Shown: positions 17,654-26,256 of the stretch, piece by piece
How the letters are laid out: the number at the start of each line of letters is the position of its first letter
Numbering within the stretch: position 1 is the first letter of the stretch
Source of the DNA: an uncultured Clostridia bacterium
GTDB lineage: Bacteria > Bacillota > Clostridia > Christensenellales > UBA1242
Direction: 5' to 3'
NCBI GenBank assembly: GCA_949949035.1
Contig: CATLHJ010000001.1
Span: 6,116 to 70,115 of the forward strand
Length of the DNA: 64,000 bases
Made by a program: the position numbers and the translations under genes
The notes under the pieces: generated by a model
What the model saw: only the letters and a program-made list of their open reading frames with translations
Told to the model about the DNA's origin: nothing
Database searches by the model: none

Positions 17654-19597
17654 ATGGAATTTAAGTTAGTAGCACCTTACCAACCTACGGGCGACCAACC
17701 GGCCGCGATTGAACGCCTGACCCAAGGCATTAAAGACGGGCGTCGCCACCAAGTATTGTTGGGCGTTACGGGCAGTGGTAAAACCTTTACCATGGCGAAC
17801 GTGATTAAAAACGTGGGGCGTCCAACCTTGGTAATTGCCCACAACAAAACGTTGGCGGCGCAATTGTGTAACGAGTTTCGGGAATTTTTCCCCGAAAATC
17901 GTGTAGAATACTTTGTCAGTTATTACGATTATTACCAACCCGAAGCCTACTTGCCGGCGACCGATACCTACATCGAAAAAGACATGGCAATTAACGACGA
18001 AATTGATAAATTACGTCACTCGGCGACTTCGTCGTTGTGCGAGCGTAATGACACCATTATTGTGGCGTCGGTATCCTGCATCTATGGTTTGGGTGAACCC
18101 AAAGAGTACGCCAGTATGGCAATTTCTTTACGCCCGGGCATGGCACTTAAACGGCGCGATTTGGTAACCCGTTTGGTAGACAGTCAATACAAACGGGCGG
18201 AAGTCGACTTTGTGCGGGGCAGTTTTCGCGTTAACGGGGACGTGGTCGATATTATTCCGTCTTACGCGTCTAACGTGGCGGTGCGGGTGCAGTTTTGGGG
18301 CGACGAAGTAGAAGGCATTTTTGAAATCGACGCTTTAACGGGGGCTAAATTGTCCTCCTTGGCCCACATCGCCATCTTTCCGGCGTCACACTTCGCGGTG
18401 GGTTCGGCACGCTTACAGGAAGCCATTGCCAAAATTCGGGCGGATTTGGCGGTACAAAAAAAATTCTTTGACGACCACAACATGATTATCGAAAGCCATC
18501 GTATTACTCAACGCACCAATTACGATTTAGAAATGTTGGCGGAACTGGGCTTTGTCAAGGGCATCGAAAATTATTCGCGTTACTTTGATGGTCGGCAGCC
18601 GGGCGAGCCACCTTATACTTTAATGTCGTATTTTCCGAAGGACTACTTAGTTTTTATTGACGAATCCCACATTACGGTACCGCAGATTCGCGGTATGTAT
18701 AATGGTGACCGCGCACGCAAAAAAGTGTTGGTTGATTTTGGTTTCCGTTTGCCGTCAGCCTACGATAACCGCCCCTTGAACTTCGCCGAATTTAACCAAC
18801 GGTTGGGGCAGTGCATTTACGTGTCGGCCACGCCCGAACAATATGAATTGGAAAAAGCGGGTGGGCAGGTTGTGGAACAAATTATCCGCCCTACCGGATT
18901 GCTGGACCCCGAGGTCATCGTGCGGGGCAAAGACCACCAAGTACCCGATGTGCTTAACGAAATTCGGCAAGTGGTTGCGGGGAAGGGGAAAATCTTGATT
19001 ACCACGCTAACCAAAAAAATGGCGGAAGATTTGACGGCGTTTCTCACCGAAAACAACGTGCGGGTGCGCTACTTGCACAGCGAAATTGATACTTTGGAAC
19101 GCACCGAAATTTTGACCGCTTTTCGCCAAGACGTGTTTGACGTCATCGTCGGAATTAACTTACTGCGCGAAGGTTTGGATTTGCCCGAAGTGGAATTGGT
19201 GGCAATTTTGGATGCGGATAAGGAAGGCTTGTTCCGTTCGACTCGTTCGTTGATCCAAACTATTGGGCGGGCTGCGCGTAACGCCAAAGCCCGAGTAATT
19301 TTGTACGCCAACACCATCACGCCCAGTATGCGGGCGGCGATGGACGAAACCGCGCGTCGGCGTCAGATCCAATTGCAGTACAATCAAGAACACCACATTA
19401 CGCCACGTACAGTGTACAGTGCGATTAAGAACTCGTTGTACATTACGCAAAAAGCCAAACCTGACACTAAAGATGCCGACTTGTCGGTGGCGGAATTGAC
19501 CGAATTGATGAACGCCGCCAGTCAACAGTTGAATTTTGAATTGGCCATCCAATATCGGGAACGAATCAACAAAAAAAATAGTAGACAAAAACGCTAA
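17654..19597 (+). CDS. uvrB: excinuclease ABC subunit B
   Basis: 647 aa with Walker A GVTGSGKTFTMA, helicase motifs (FIDESHITVPQ, QTIGRAARN) and a C-terminal UVR domain (QLNFELAIQYRERI). Confidence 0.95.
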   Translation: MEFKLVAPYQPTGDQPAAIERLTQGIKDGRRHQVLLGVTGSGKTFTMANVIKNVGRPTLVIAHNKTLAAQLCNEFREFFPENRVEYFVSYYDYYQPEAYLPATDTYIEKDMAINDEIDKLRHSATSSLCERNDTIIVASVSCIYGLGEPKEYASMAISLRPGMALKRRDLVTRLVDSQYKRAEVDFVRGSFRVNGDVVDIIPSYASNVAVRVQFWGDEVEGIFEIDALTGAKLSSLAHIAIFPASHFAVGSARLQEAIAKIRADLAVQKKFFDDHNMIIESHRITQRTNYDLEMLAELGFVKGIENYSRYFDGRQPGEPPYTLMSYFPKDYLVFIDESHITVPQIRGMYNGDRARKKVLVDFGFRLPSAYDNRPLNFAEFNQRLGQCIYVSATPEQYELEKAGGQVVEQIIRPTGLLDPEVIVRGKDHQVPDVLNEIRQVVAGKGKILITTLTKKMAEDLTAFLTENNVRVRYLHSEIDTLERTEILTAFRQDVFDVIVGINLLREGLDLPEVELVAILDADKEGLFRSTRSLIQTIGRAARNAKARVILYANTITPSMRAAMDETARRRQIQLQYNQEHHITPRTVYSAIKNSLYITQKAKPDTKDADLSVAELTELMNAASQQLNFELAIQYRERINKKNSRQKR

Positions 19598-19618
19598 AGA
19601 ACATATATATTATGTATG

Positions 19619-20044
19619 ATGCAAACGACGATGATTATTGTTTGGGCGGTGTTGGTGGCCGCAACTTTATTATTCGAATTTTTAACCACTGACTTCTTTG
19701 CTTGCTGTTTTTCGTTAGGTGGTATTGTGGCGTTAATCTTGGCGGCATGTGGCGCCAACTTATACTGGCAAATACCGGTCTTTATTGTGATTACTTTGGT
19801 GGCGTTGTTCGGGGCACGTCCGTTCTTGAAAAAGTTTTTCTTAAAGAAAACCATACCTACCAATTTTGACCAATACCTGGGGACGACAACGAAATTGTTG
19901 TCGGACGTGGTCGATGGTAAGTCAACCGTGAAAATTAACGATGTGGTTTGGACGGCGGTGTGCGAAGAAAACTTGAAAACGGGCGACACCGTAACGATTG
20001 AAAAACCAGTCGGTAATAAACTGGTCGTAAAAGGAGCAAAATAA
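19619..20044 (+). CDS. NfeD-family membrane protein
   Basis: About 141 aa, with N-terminal TM helices and a C-terminal OB-like soluble domain (VVDGKSTVKINDVVWTAVCEENLKTGDTVTIEK). It lies directly upstream of an SPFH gene, the classic pairing. TATATT (19606-19611) ends 7 nt before ATG 19619; ATG 19616 is also possible. Confidence 0.75.
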   Translation: MQTTMIIVWAVLVAATLLFEFLTTDFFACCFSLGGIVALILAACGANLYWQIPVFIVITLVALFGARPFLKKFFLKKTIPTNFDQYLGTTTKLLSDVVDGKSTVKINDVVWTAVCEENLKTGDTVTIEKPVGNKLVVKGAK

Positions 20045-20047
20045 AAT

Positions 20048-20947
20048 ATGGTACCGTGGTTAATTGCAGTAATTGTTATTGGCGTAGTGGTTTTATTAAT
20101 CGTTGCGTTATCGATTCGCATCGTTAAACAGGGAACGGCTGTTATCGTTGAACGTTTGGGTAAGTATCACAAGACTTTGGATACGGGTTTGAAATTCATT
20201 ATTCCGTTGTTGGATCGGGCTTTGCCAGCCATCAGTTTGAAAGAACAAGTGGCGGACTTCAAACCGCAACCGGTTATCACCAAGGATAACGTCACGATGC
20301 AAATTGATAGCGTGGTCTTCTTCCAAATTTTGGATCCGAAACTGTACACCTATGGTATTGAACGCCCGTTATCGGCGATTGAAAATTTAACTGCTACTAC
20401 TTTGCGTAACATTGTCGGTGAATTGGAATTAGACGAAACGTTAAGCAGCCGTGATACGGTAAACAGTAAAATGCGCGAAATTATTGATTCGGCTACTGAC
20501 CCGTGGGGGATTAAAGTTAACCGTGTAGAATTGAAAAACATTTTACCGCCGGCCGCGATTCAGGAAAGTATGGAAAAGCAAATGCGTGCGGAACGTGAAC
20601 GTCGCGAAAACATCTTATTGGCCGAAGGTGAAAAACGTAGTAAAATTTTGGTCGCGGAAGGGGAAAAGGAAGCCGAAATTTTGCAGGCCGAAGCCAAAAA
20701 GATGGCTTTGTTGACCGAAGCCGAAGGGCAAGCCCAAGCGATTCAAAAAATTATGGCGGCTAAACCCGACGCCGCGTATTTAACCTTGCAAGGTTACGAA
20801 GCCTTGAAAGCCATGGCGAATGGTAATGCCACCAAATTGATTGTACCGAATGATTTGGCAAACGTGGCGACTTTGTTTAGCGCGATGAAAGAAACTTTGG
20901 CTGGGGAGAAACCAGTTAAAGGAAAAAACACCACAGCCCAAAAATAA
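20048..20947 (+). CDS. SPFH/band-7 (stomatin/prohibitin-like) protein
   Basis: 299 aa with an N-terminal TM, an SPFH core (VERLGKYHKTLDTGLKFIIPLLD ... DNVTMQIDSVVFFQI) and an E/A-rich coiled coil. SD AAAGGAG upstream. Confidence 0.9.
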   Translation: MVPWLIAVIVIGVVVLLIVALSIRIVKQGTAVIVERLGKYHKTLDTGLKFIIPLLDRALPAISLKEQVADFKPQPVITKDNVTMQIDSVVFFQILDPKLYTYGIERPLSAIENLTATTLRNIVGELELDETLSSRDTVNSKMREIIDSATDPWGIKVNRVELKNILPPAAIQESMEKQMRAERERRENILLAEGEKRSKILVAEGEKEAEILQAEAKKMALLTEAEGQAQAIQKIMAAKPDAAYLTLQGYEALKAMANGNATKLIVPNDLANVATLFSAMKETLAGEKPVKGKNTTAQK

Positions 20948-20975
20948 AAGTGGTTACCAGTAGCAGTAATTAAAA

Positions 20976-21000
20976 GCGGACGTGGATTAGCGTCCGTTTT
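20976..21000. terminator. candidate bidirectional intrinsic terminator between convergent genes
   Basis: The stem is CGGACG (20977-20982) paired with CGTCCG (20991-20996), with an 8-nt loop. AAAA flanks it on the left and TTTT on the right. It overlaps the stop codon of the 76-aa minus-strand ORF. Confidence 0.45.
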
Positions 21001-21217
21001 CGCTTTGTTTGGCTTTTAACTTGGTAATCTGTTCGTCAACCCATGGTTGCAATGCTTCAAGGCAATCCAAGGCTTCTTTTAGTACGGCAGTGTTGGTGGT
21101 GTCAATTGCCAATACGCCCAATTTTTCAGCGCGTTGTGCTTCGTGGTTCAATTCGGCAGGTGCGGTCTCGGCGCGCAAGTAGGCTTCTTGTTCGGGAGTT
21201 AAAATTTCATGGTTCAT
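20987..21217 (-). CDS. hypothetical small helical protein (76 aa)
   Basis: Intact ORF with no recognisable motif. On the minus strand TATACT (21228..21223) ends 5 nt before ATG 21217. Confidence 0.4.
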   Translation of the reverse strand: MNHEILTPEQEAYLRAETAPAELNHEAQRAEKLGVLAIDTTNTAVLKEALDCLEALQPWVDEQITKLKAKQSENGR

Positions 21218-21254
21218 AATTTAGTATACGCGGTAATGCATAAAAAACTACCTC

Positions 21255-21282
21255 TTGACAAATTCCGTCAAAAGTTCATAAT
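21255..21282 (+). promoter_or_regulatory. putative promoter of the RND transporter gene
   Basis: TTGACA (21255-21260), 16 nt, CATAAT (21277-21282), 10 nt, ATG 21293. No SD. Confidence 0.5.
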
Positions 21283-21292
21283 AAAGTTTATT

Positions 21293-24200
21293 ATGACTAA
21301 CGAACAGGAACAGTTGGACCAAAATATTAAAGAAAGTTGGTTTTCGCGAATTGGTGTGCAAAAGCCGTACACGGTTTTTGTGTGTATTGTTGCGATAATT
21401 ATTTTGGGCGTGTTTGCTTTTTCGTCAATGCAGGTTGACTTGTTTCCGTCAATGAATATGCCTTACGCGATGGTGGTGGTTAACCCGAATACCAGTTACT
21501 TGACCAAATATATGCAAGATAATTTTAGCGACAAAATGATTGATTTGGCGATAAGTGACGCCAAGGGTGTGGACGGGTATGATTTAACAAGGTTGTCAGA
21601 TGATGAAGCCGCTTTACGCGAAGCCTTGAAAAAGCCACAGGCAGAACTTAAAGACGTTTTAACGAACGAAGCCAATAAGGGAAATCAAGTTGTTATTAGT
21701 TATATGCCTTTAATGCAGGCGATGATGACTGATGCTGACGGTAAATTATTAAATCCGGCCGCCGCGCAAGCGTTGCAACAACGCGTGTTGTTTGCTTGTT
21801 TGCCGACGCGCGCGCAAATGGAAACCTTAACCGATACCATTTTGTCATCGTTATCGCGGGTGAGTGGTATTAACCGCACCCAGAGTGTGACCATGTTGTC
21901 TTCGGGTTTGGTAATGATTACTTTGGAATACAACAGTGACGCGACGGTGGACCGCGCCGATTTGCTGATGGCCATGGATGCGGTAGGTCTCGACAATGCG
22001 GTAGCGTACGGCTTGCAATTTGATAAGACGATTATGCAAATTGACCCGTCTTTGTTGCCGATTATGAGTGTCACTGTATCGTATGCGGGTAAAGACGATG
22101 ATTGGTTTAATAAAAACGTAGTGTCAAAAATTCAAACTACGGTGGGGGTTGGCTCGGTATCGACCAATATCGCGTCTTCCGACACCGATACCAACCGCGA
22201 CCAAGCGTGGGAAAGCAACAAAGGGTCGTTGGTCGAAACGTACAGTCTGTCCATTCAAAAAAATAGCAACGCGGTTACGACCGATGTGGCGGCGAACGTT
22301 ATTAAAACCTTGGAAAAAATTAAGCAAGATAACTTGTCGGCGGATGGTCAGGTGCAATTTGATTACCACGTTACCAGCAGTCAAGCCGAATACATTAACG
22401 AAAGTATTGGCTCGGTTGGTGAGAACTTAATTATCGGTGGCTTGCTGGCGTTAGTTATTTTGTTTTTGTTCTTGCGTTCGGTGAGGATGACTTTGGCGAT
22501 TGGTATTTCGATTCCGTTAGCCCTGGTTGGTACTTTTGTCATTATGTACTTTATGGGTATCGGTTTGAACATTATTTCGATGTCGGGGTTGGCCTTGGCG
22601 GTCGGGATGTTGGTTGATAACTCGGTCGTAGTTTTGGAAAATATTTACCGTTTACGCAGCAAGGGCTTGCCCATTAAGGCCGCGTGCATCAAGGGGGCTT
22701 CGCAGATTATGTTGGCGATGTTGGCGTCATCGTTAACCACCATCTGCGTGTTTTTCCCGATGTTTTTCTTGGAAGGCATGATTATGGAAGTCTTTACCGA
22801 TTTAGTATGGGTAGTAATTTTGTCGTTGCTGTGTTCGTTTGTCGTGGCGGTAATGTTTTTGCCCGCGATTGTGGCGACTTTCAAAATTGACGCGAAAAAG
22901 CCCAAGGCTGTCGCCGCCAACCAAAAGCCAACGTGGTGGCAACGCTTTACGGCGGGGGCTAATCGTGTTTTTGACCAAACTTTGCGGTTCTGTATTAACA
23001 AAAAATGGCTGACGGTGACTTTGGCGTTGGTGTTGTTTGTCGGTTCAGCCTGTTTGTTGTTGGTGAACGGTTTCATTATTTTACCGGCTACCGACGCGGG
23101 GAATTTTACCATAACTGCTACTTTGGATAGTGCGGGCATCGCGGTTGCTGATAGTAACAAAAAAACTGTTTTGGCGGAGCCATTATACAACGCTATTGCC
23201 GAATTGTTGGGTGATGATTTTGACCAATGTGTGGTTTCTTATAATTCAGGTACAGGGGCAATGGCCATGTTTACCGGTACGGGGGAGGCCATTGAAGTCG
23301 AAGTTCAATTAAAGGACCAACGTAAATTATCGACGGCCGAGGCGGCGGATAAGGTTTACAAGGCTCTGCTTGATTACCAAAAACGTACTACCGATAAGGA
23401 TGGTAACCCTTATTATGCCGACATGGAGGTGGCGTCATCCTCGATGACCCAAGGTTTGGTGGCCAGTGATGTTTCGGTTTCCTTAACCATCGGCGAAGAA
23501 GATTCCGCCGTGGCGGGTAAGGTGTTGGACGATTTTGGCGTGGCTTTGACCGCCAAGTTCGATGACGCTTTGCGTGATGAACTGAAAATTAAGAGTATTA
23601 TTTTTGAACAAAACGCAGGGCAAAAAATTGTTAAATACAACAACAAATTCACTATGGACTTCACAATTAAGGCCTTTGCCGACGCGGACACCAATAAAAT
23701 TCAAAGTAAATTGGACGCGTTGGTAGACGAATTATTGCATAGTGACGAATTTAAGGACCAAGACCTGGCAATTTTGGATAGCGGTTTAGCGCAACAAATG
23801 AATGACACATATACCTCGATGGGCATCGCTTTAATTGTTGGCTTCTTGTTAATCTATTTGGTAATGGTGGCGATTTTCCAATCGTTCTTGATGCCGTTTA
23901 TTATCTTAATTTGCGTACCCTTGGGTTTCACTGGTGCGTTCCTACTGTTGGCCATGTGCGGTATGCCACTGTCCATGCCCGCGTTAATCGGTTTCTTAAT
24001 TTTGATGGGGGTTGTTATCAACAACGGTATTTTGGCGGTAGATTACACTAACCAAGCCCGTCGCGATGGTTTGAGCGTTAAGGAAGCCTTGGTGGCTGCG
24101 ATGCACACCCGTATGCGTCCGATTTTTATGACCGCCTTGACGACCGTGTTGGCTATGGTGCCCATGGCGTTTGGTTGGTCGATCTTTAACACCAGTAGCA

Positions 24201-24505
24201 GTGCGGCGTTGATGCAACCGTTAGCGGTGGTTTCCATCGGTGGTTTGTTGTTCGGTACAGTAACGACCCTGTTGGTAGTACCGGCTTTCTACGCCATTTT
24301 CTGCCACGATAAAAAGAATAAAACCACTCCCGCTACCGTGCAAGGGGACCTGGTGCCTACGACGGCGACGCCGGTAACGGAAACGGTTGCGGCACCGATT
24401 GACACCACACCGGTTGACCAAGCGGGAACAACGCATGGCGATACACCAAAACCTAAGACCAAGAAAATGGTTAACAGTAAAAAAACAAATTTAACTACTA
24501 AATAA
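21293..24505 (+). CDS. RND-superfamily efflux transporter permease (AcrB/SwrC-like)
   Basis: About 1070 aa from ATG 21293 (MTNEQEQLDQNIKESWFSRIGVQKPYTVFV...). Topology is 12 TM with two large extracytoplasmic loops. AcrB-type blocks include MSGLALAVGMLVDNSVVVLENI and GFLILMGVVINNGILAVDY. It has a T/P/K-rich C-terminal tail and no adjacent membrane-fusion protein. Confidence 0.85.
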   Translation: MTNEQEQLDQNIKESWFSRIGVQKPYTVFVCIVAIIILGVFAFSSMQVDLFPSMNMPYAMVVVNPNTSYLTKYMQDNFSDKMIDLAISDAKGVDGYDLTRLSDDEAALREALKKPQAELKDVLTNEANKGNQVVISYMPLMQAMMTDADGKLLNPAAAQALQQRVLFACLPTRAQMETLTDTILSSLSRVSGINRTQSVTMLSSGLVMITLEYNSDATVDRADLLMAMDAVGLDNAVAYGLQFDKTIMQIDPSLLPIMSVTVSYAGKDDDWFNKNVVSKIQTTVGVGSVSTNIASSDTDTNRDQAWESNKGSLVETYSLSIQKNSNAVTTDVAANVIKTLEKIKQDNLSADGQVQFDYHVTSSQAEYINESIGSVGENLIIGGLLALVILFLFLRSVRMTLAIGISIPLALVGTFVIMYFMGIGLNIISMSGLALAVGMLVDNSVVVLENIYRLRSKGLPIKAACIKGASQIMLAMLASSLTTICVFFPMFFLEGMIMEVFTDLVWVVILSLLCSFVVAVMFLPAIVATFKIDAKKPKAVAANQKPTWWQRFTAGANRVFDQTLRFCINKKWLTVTLALVLFVGSACLLLVNGFIILPATDAGNFTITATLDSAGIAVADSNKKTVLAEPLYNAIAELLGDDFDQCVVSYNSGTGAMAMFTGTGEAIEVEVQLKDQRKLSTAEAADKVYKALLDYQKRTTDKDGNPYYADMEVASSSMTQGLVASDVSVSLTIGEEDSAVAGKVLDDFGVALTAKFDDALRDELKIKSIIFEQNAGQKIVKYNNKFTMDFTIKAFADADTNKIQSKLDALVDELLHSDEFKDQDLAILDSGLAQQMNDTYTSMGIALIVGFLLIYLVMVAIFQSFLMPFIILICVPLGFTGAFLLLAMCGMPLSMPALIGFLILMGVVINNGILAVDYTNQARRDGLSVKEALVAAMHTRMRPIFMTALTTVLAMVPMAFGWSIFNTSSSAALMQPLAVVSIGGLLFGTVTTLLVVPAFYAIFCHDKKNKTTPATVQGDLVPTTATPVTETVAAPIDTTPVDQAGTTHGDTPKPKTKKMVNSKKTNLTTK

Positions 24506-24511
24506 TTTAAG

Positions 24512-24540
24512 TTGCCAAAAAATTGGTTTCGGGTTATGGT
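24512..24540 (+). promoter_or_regulatory. putative promoter, leaderless geometry (162-aa membrane protein gene)
   Basis: TTGCCA (24512-24517), 17 nt, TATGGT (24535-24540), 8 nt, ATG 24549. Confidence 0.4.
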
Positions 24541-24548
24541 AATGATGT

Positions 24549-25037
24549 ATGGAATGGGTGTGGTTATTGGTATCCCTGTTGGGGTTGGGGGCGTTATGGC
24601 TACTGATCCGCAGTATTGAAAAATTAGTGACCAATATCAAAAACCGTGATGACGAACGACGAATCGCCAGCCAAGCCTTGGCGGAACGGATTGCCGGCGA
24701 AGAAGAAAATTTTGAACGCAAACAGGCCGCCAAAGAATTTTTGCTGACGCCGCGTTCGCCGCGGGCTGATGGCCAAGTTCCTCCCGAATTTAAGGAAGCG
24801 ATGTCGGTTTTGAATTCTGCTGAGTTGTTAGAAACAATGGTGGCAAAGGTTTTTGGTGATCCCAAAGATACAGAAATGATTACCGCGGAGCAATCGGCTT
24901 TTGCCCAGCCGGTGACCACGAAAGCGGTGGCCAAGGGTAATGGTGTATTACCCGTTAAGACGAAAACGGCCACCGACAAAACGGGGCTTTCCAAGGCTGA
25001 ACAAAAAATGTTAAAGAAAATTAAGCGGGAGTCTTGA
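24549..25037 (+). CDS. hypothetical N-terminally membrane-anchored protein
   Basis: 162 aa, with a single N-terminal TM (WVWLLVSLLGLGALWLLI) followed by a charged helical region. No recognisable domain. Confidence 0.45.
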   Translation: MEWVWLLVSLLGLGALWLLIRSIEKLVTNIKNRDDERRIASQALAERIAGEEENFERKQAAKEFLLTPRSPRADGQVPPEFKEAMSVLNSAELLETMVAKVFGDPKDTEMITAEQSAFAQPVTTKAVAKGNGVLPVKTKTATDKTGLSKAEQKMLKKIKRES

Positions 25038-25062
25038 CTTTTTGCGGTAAATAGGCTAACAT
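25034..25062 (+). promoter_or_regulatory. putative promoter with a conventional leader (gene at 25111)
   Basis: TTGACT (25034-25039), 17 nt, TAACAT (25057-25062). The roughly 40-nt leader contains a GCGAC...GTCGC inverted repeat (25077-25096) and SD GAGGGGAG (25098-25105). Confidence 0.4.
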
Positions 25063-25110
25063 AATACTCGAAAAAAGCGACACAATAAATTGGTCGCGAG
25101 GGGAGTATTT

Positions 25111-26211
25111 ATGAAAAAAGGAAATTTATTTTTGACTTTGGTCTTTGTCGCCTTGGCCGTGATGGTCGCGGTCGGCAGTATGTTCACCACTTTTGTCCAA
25201 GCCCAAGATTTGGCGCTAGCGGTGGCGGCGACCGATGGTGCAACTAAACTGTTTGACGACAAGGGCAACTTTGCGGTCGAACGCAACACCTTGAACAACA
25301 GCAAAGGACAAGTGTTTAATTTCTTTGGTCAGGACTGGTACTTGGTCAACGTTAACGACGAAAGCGAAGTAGCGACTTTCTGGATGGTAGAACCGTACGG
25401 CAACCAAACTTATATTTTTGACCGTCCGGCCGAATCGGGTAAAACCGAAGGCGAACTGTTTGAAAGCGGGGCGACCATTTGGCGTAACGGTTACACGAAC
25501 ACGGTTTGGAACAACAAGAATTTAGGCGAAAGTCAATTACGGGCTTCGTTGCGCGAAATTGCCAAGCAAATTATTGATGGTGCCAGTTATAAAAATTATA
25601 AAGACCGAGTAGTCAGTGGCATGGTTAGTGGCTCTAACGCCAACGGCGATGCGGACGGCAGTTTTGCCGACGGCAAAAACACCATTGCTAATGTTTACTG
25701 TGCCAAGGAAAACCTGACTTCCCTTGATCGAATTACTACACCCAAGCAGAATATGATTGCGGAAGAAGCTTTGGGGGCCGACGATCGCTTGTGGGTACCT
25801 TCGGTTGCGGAAATTCGTGATGGTGGTTTATGGGGTTTAACCGATACACAACGTCATTGGGACAGAACCACAGTGGCAAAACTCGCTTGGTTGCGTACCC
25901 CCGATACGGCAGATAGTTACAAAGCCAGTTTGGTTGGTTATAGTGCGGCTATGGAAATAGAAGGAGTGACGGGTACACAATCGCTTTTCTCCGACGCGAT
26001 TAACCAAGCGCATGGTGTTCGTCCTGCAGTTCACTTGAATTTACGCAATTATAATGGTGACGAAGGCAACAAAGGTGGTTGGTTTACTGATGACATGATG
26101 AAAGTGTTCTTTATCATTATCTGTGTCTTGGGCGTCATCGGGGTAATCTTGGTTATCATTGCGGTGGTCGCCAAAGCCCGTCGCGATAAAAAAGAACAAT
26201 CAAACGCGTAA
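25111..26211 (+). CDS. secreted, C-terminally membrane-anchored protein with a WLRTP...GVRPA motif pair
   Basis: 366 aa from ATG 25111, with a signal peptide (MKKGNLFLTLVFVALAVMVAVGS) and a C-terminal TM (VFFIIICVLGVIGVILVIIAVV). The motifs LWVPSVAEI, AWLRTPDTADSY and AHGVRPAVHLNL recall a domain of unknown function common in Firmicute surface proteins; the family name was not verified. Confidence 0.5.
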   Translation: MKKGNLFLTLVFVALAVMVAVGSMFTTFVQAQDLALAVAATDGATKLFDDKGNFAVERNTLNNSKGQVFNFFGQDWYLVNVNDESEVATFWMVEPYGNQTYIFDRPAESGKTEGELFESGATIWRNGYTNTVWNNKNLGESQLRASLREIAKQIIDGASYKNYKDRVVSGMVSGSNANGDADGSFADGKNTIANVYCAKENLTSLDRITTPKQNMIAEEALGADDRLWVPSVAEIRDGGLWGLTDTQRHWDRTTVAKLAWLRTPDTADSYKASLVGYSAAMEIEGVTGTQSLFSDAINQAHGVRPAVHLNLRNYNGDEGNKGGWFTDDMMKVFFIIICVLGVIGVILVIIAVVAKARRDKKEQSNA

Positions 26212-26256
26212 TTAAAGTTTGGTGTTGACAATAACCAATGGTACAATATAACCATT

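Noticed and set aside
19594-20121. 175-aa minus-strand ORF opposite nfeD
   Set aside because: It is antisense to the NfeD-SPFH pair, which has the classic conserved pairing. Its Thr/Ile/Asn-rich sequence is typical of the reverse frame of a membrane protein gene.
21209-21292. ORF-track N-terminal extensions. The RND gene is shown here. The same applies to rluB 6551, nusB 8904, amidase 29582, secA 35695, U32 43821, addB 43806, holA 41730, mnmG 56048, mnmE 57361, MFS 62023, RNHCP 62337, and the gene at 25090.
   Set aside because: In each case the extension covers the promoter or the neighbouring gene. An internal start then aligns with the conserved family N-terminus and with an SD or a -10 box.
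22645-24994. Antisense ORFs 22645-23190 (181 aa) and 24491-24994 (167 aa)
   Set aside because: The first is antisense to the RND permease. The second is antisense to the 162-aa membrane-protein gene, which has the promoter. Neither has start signals.
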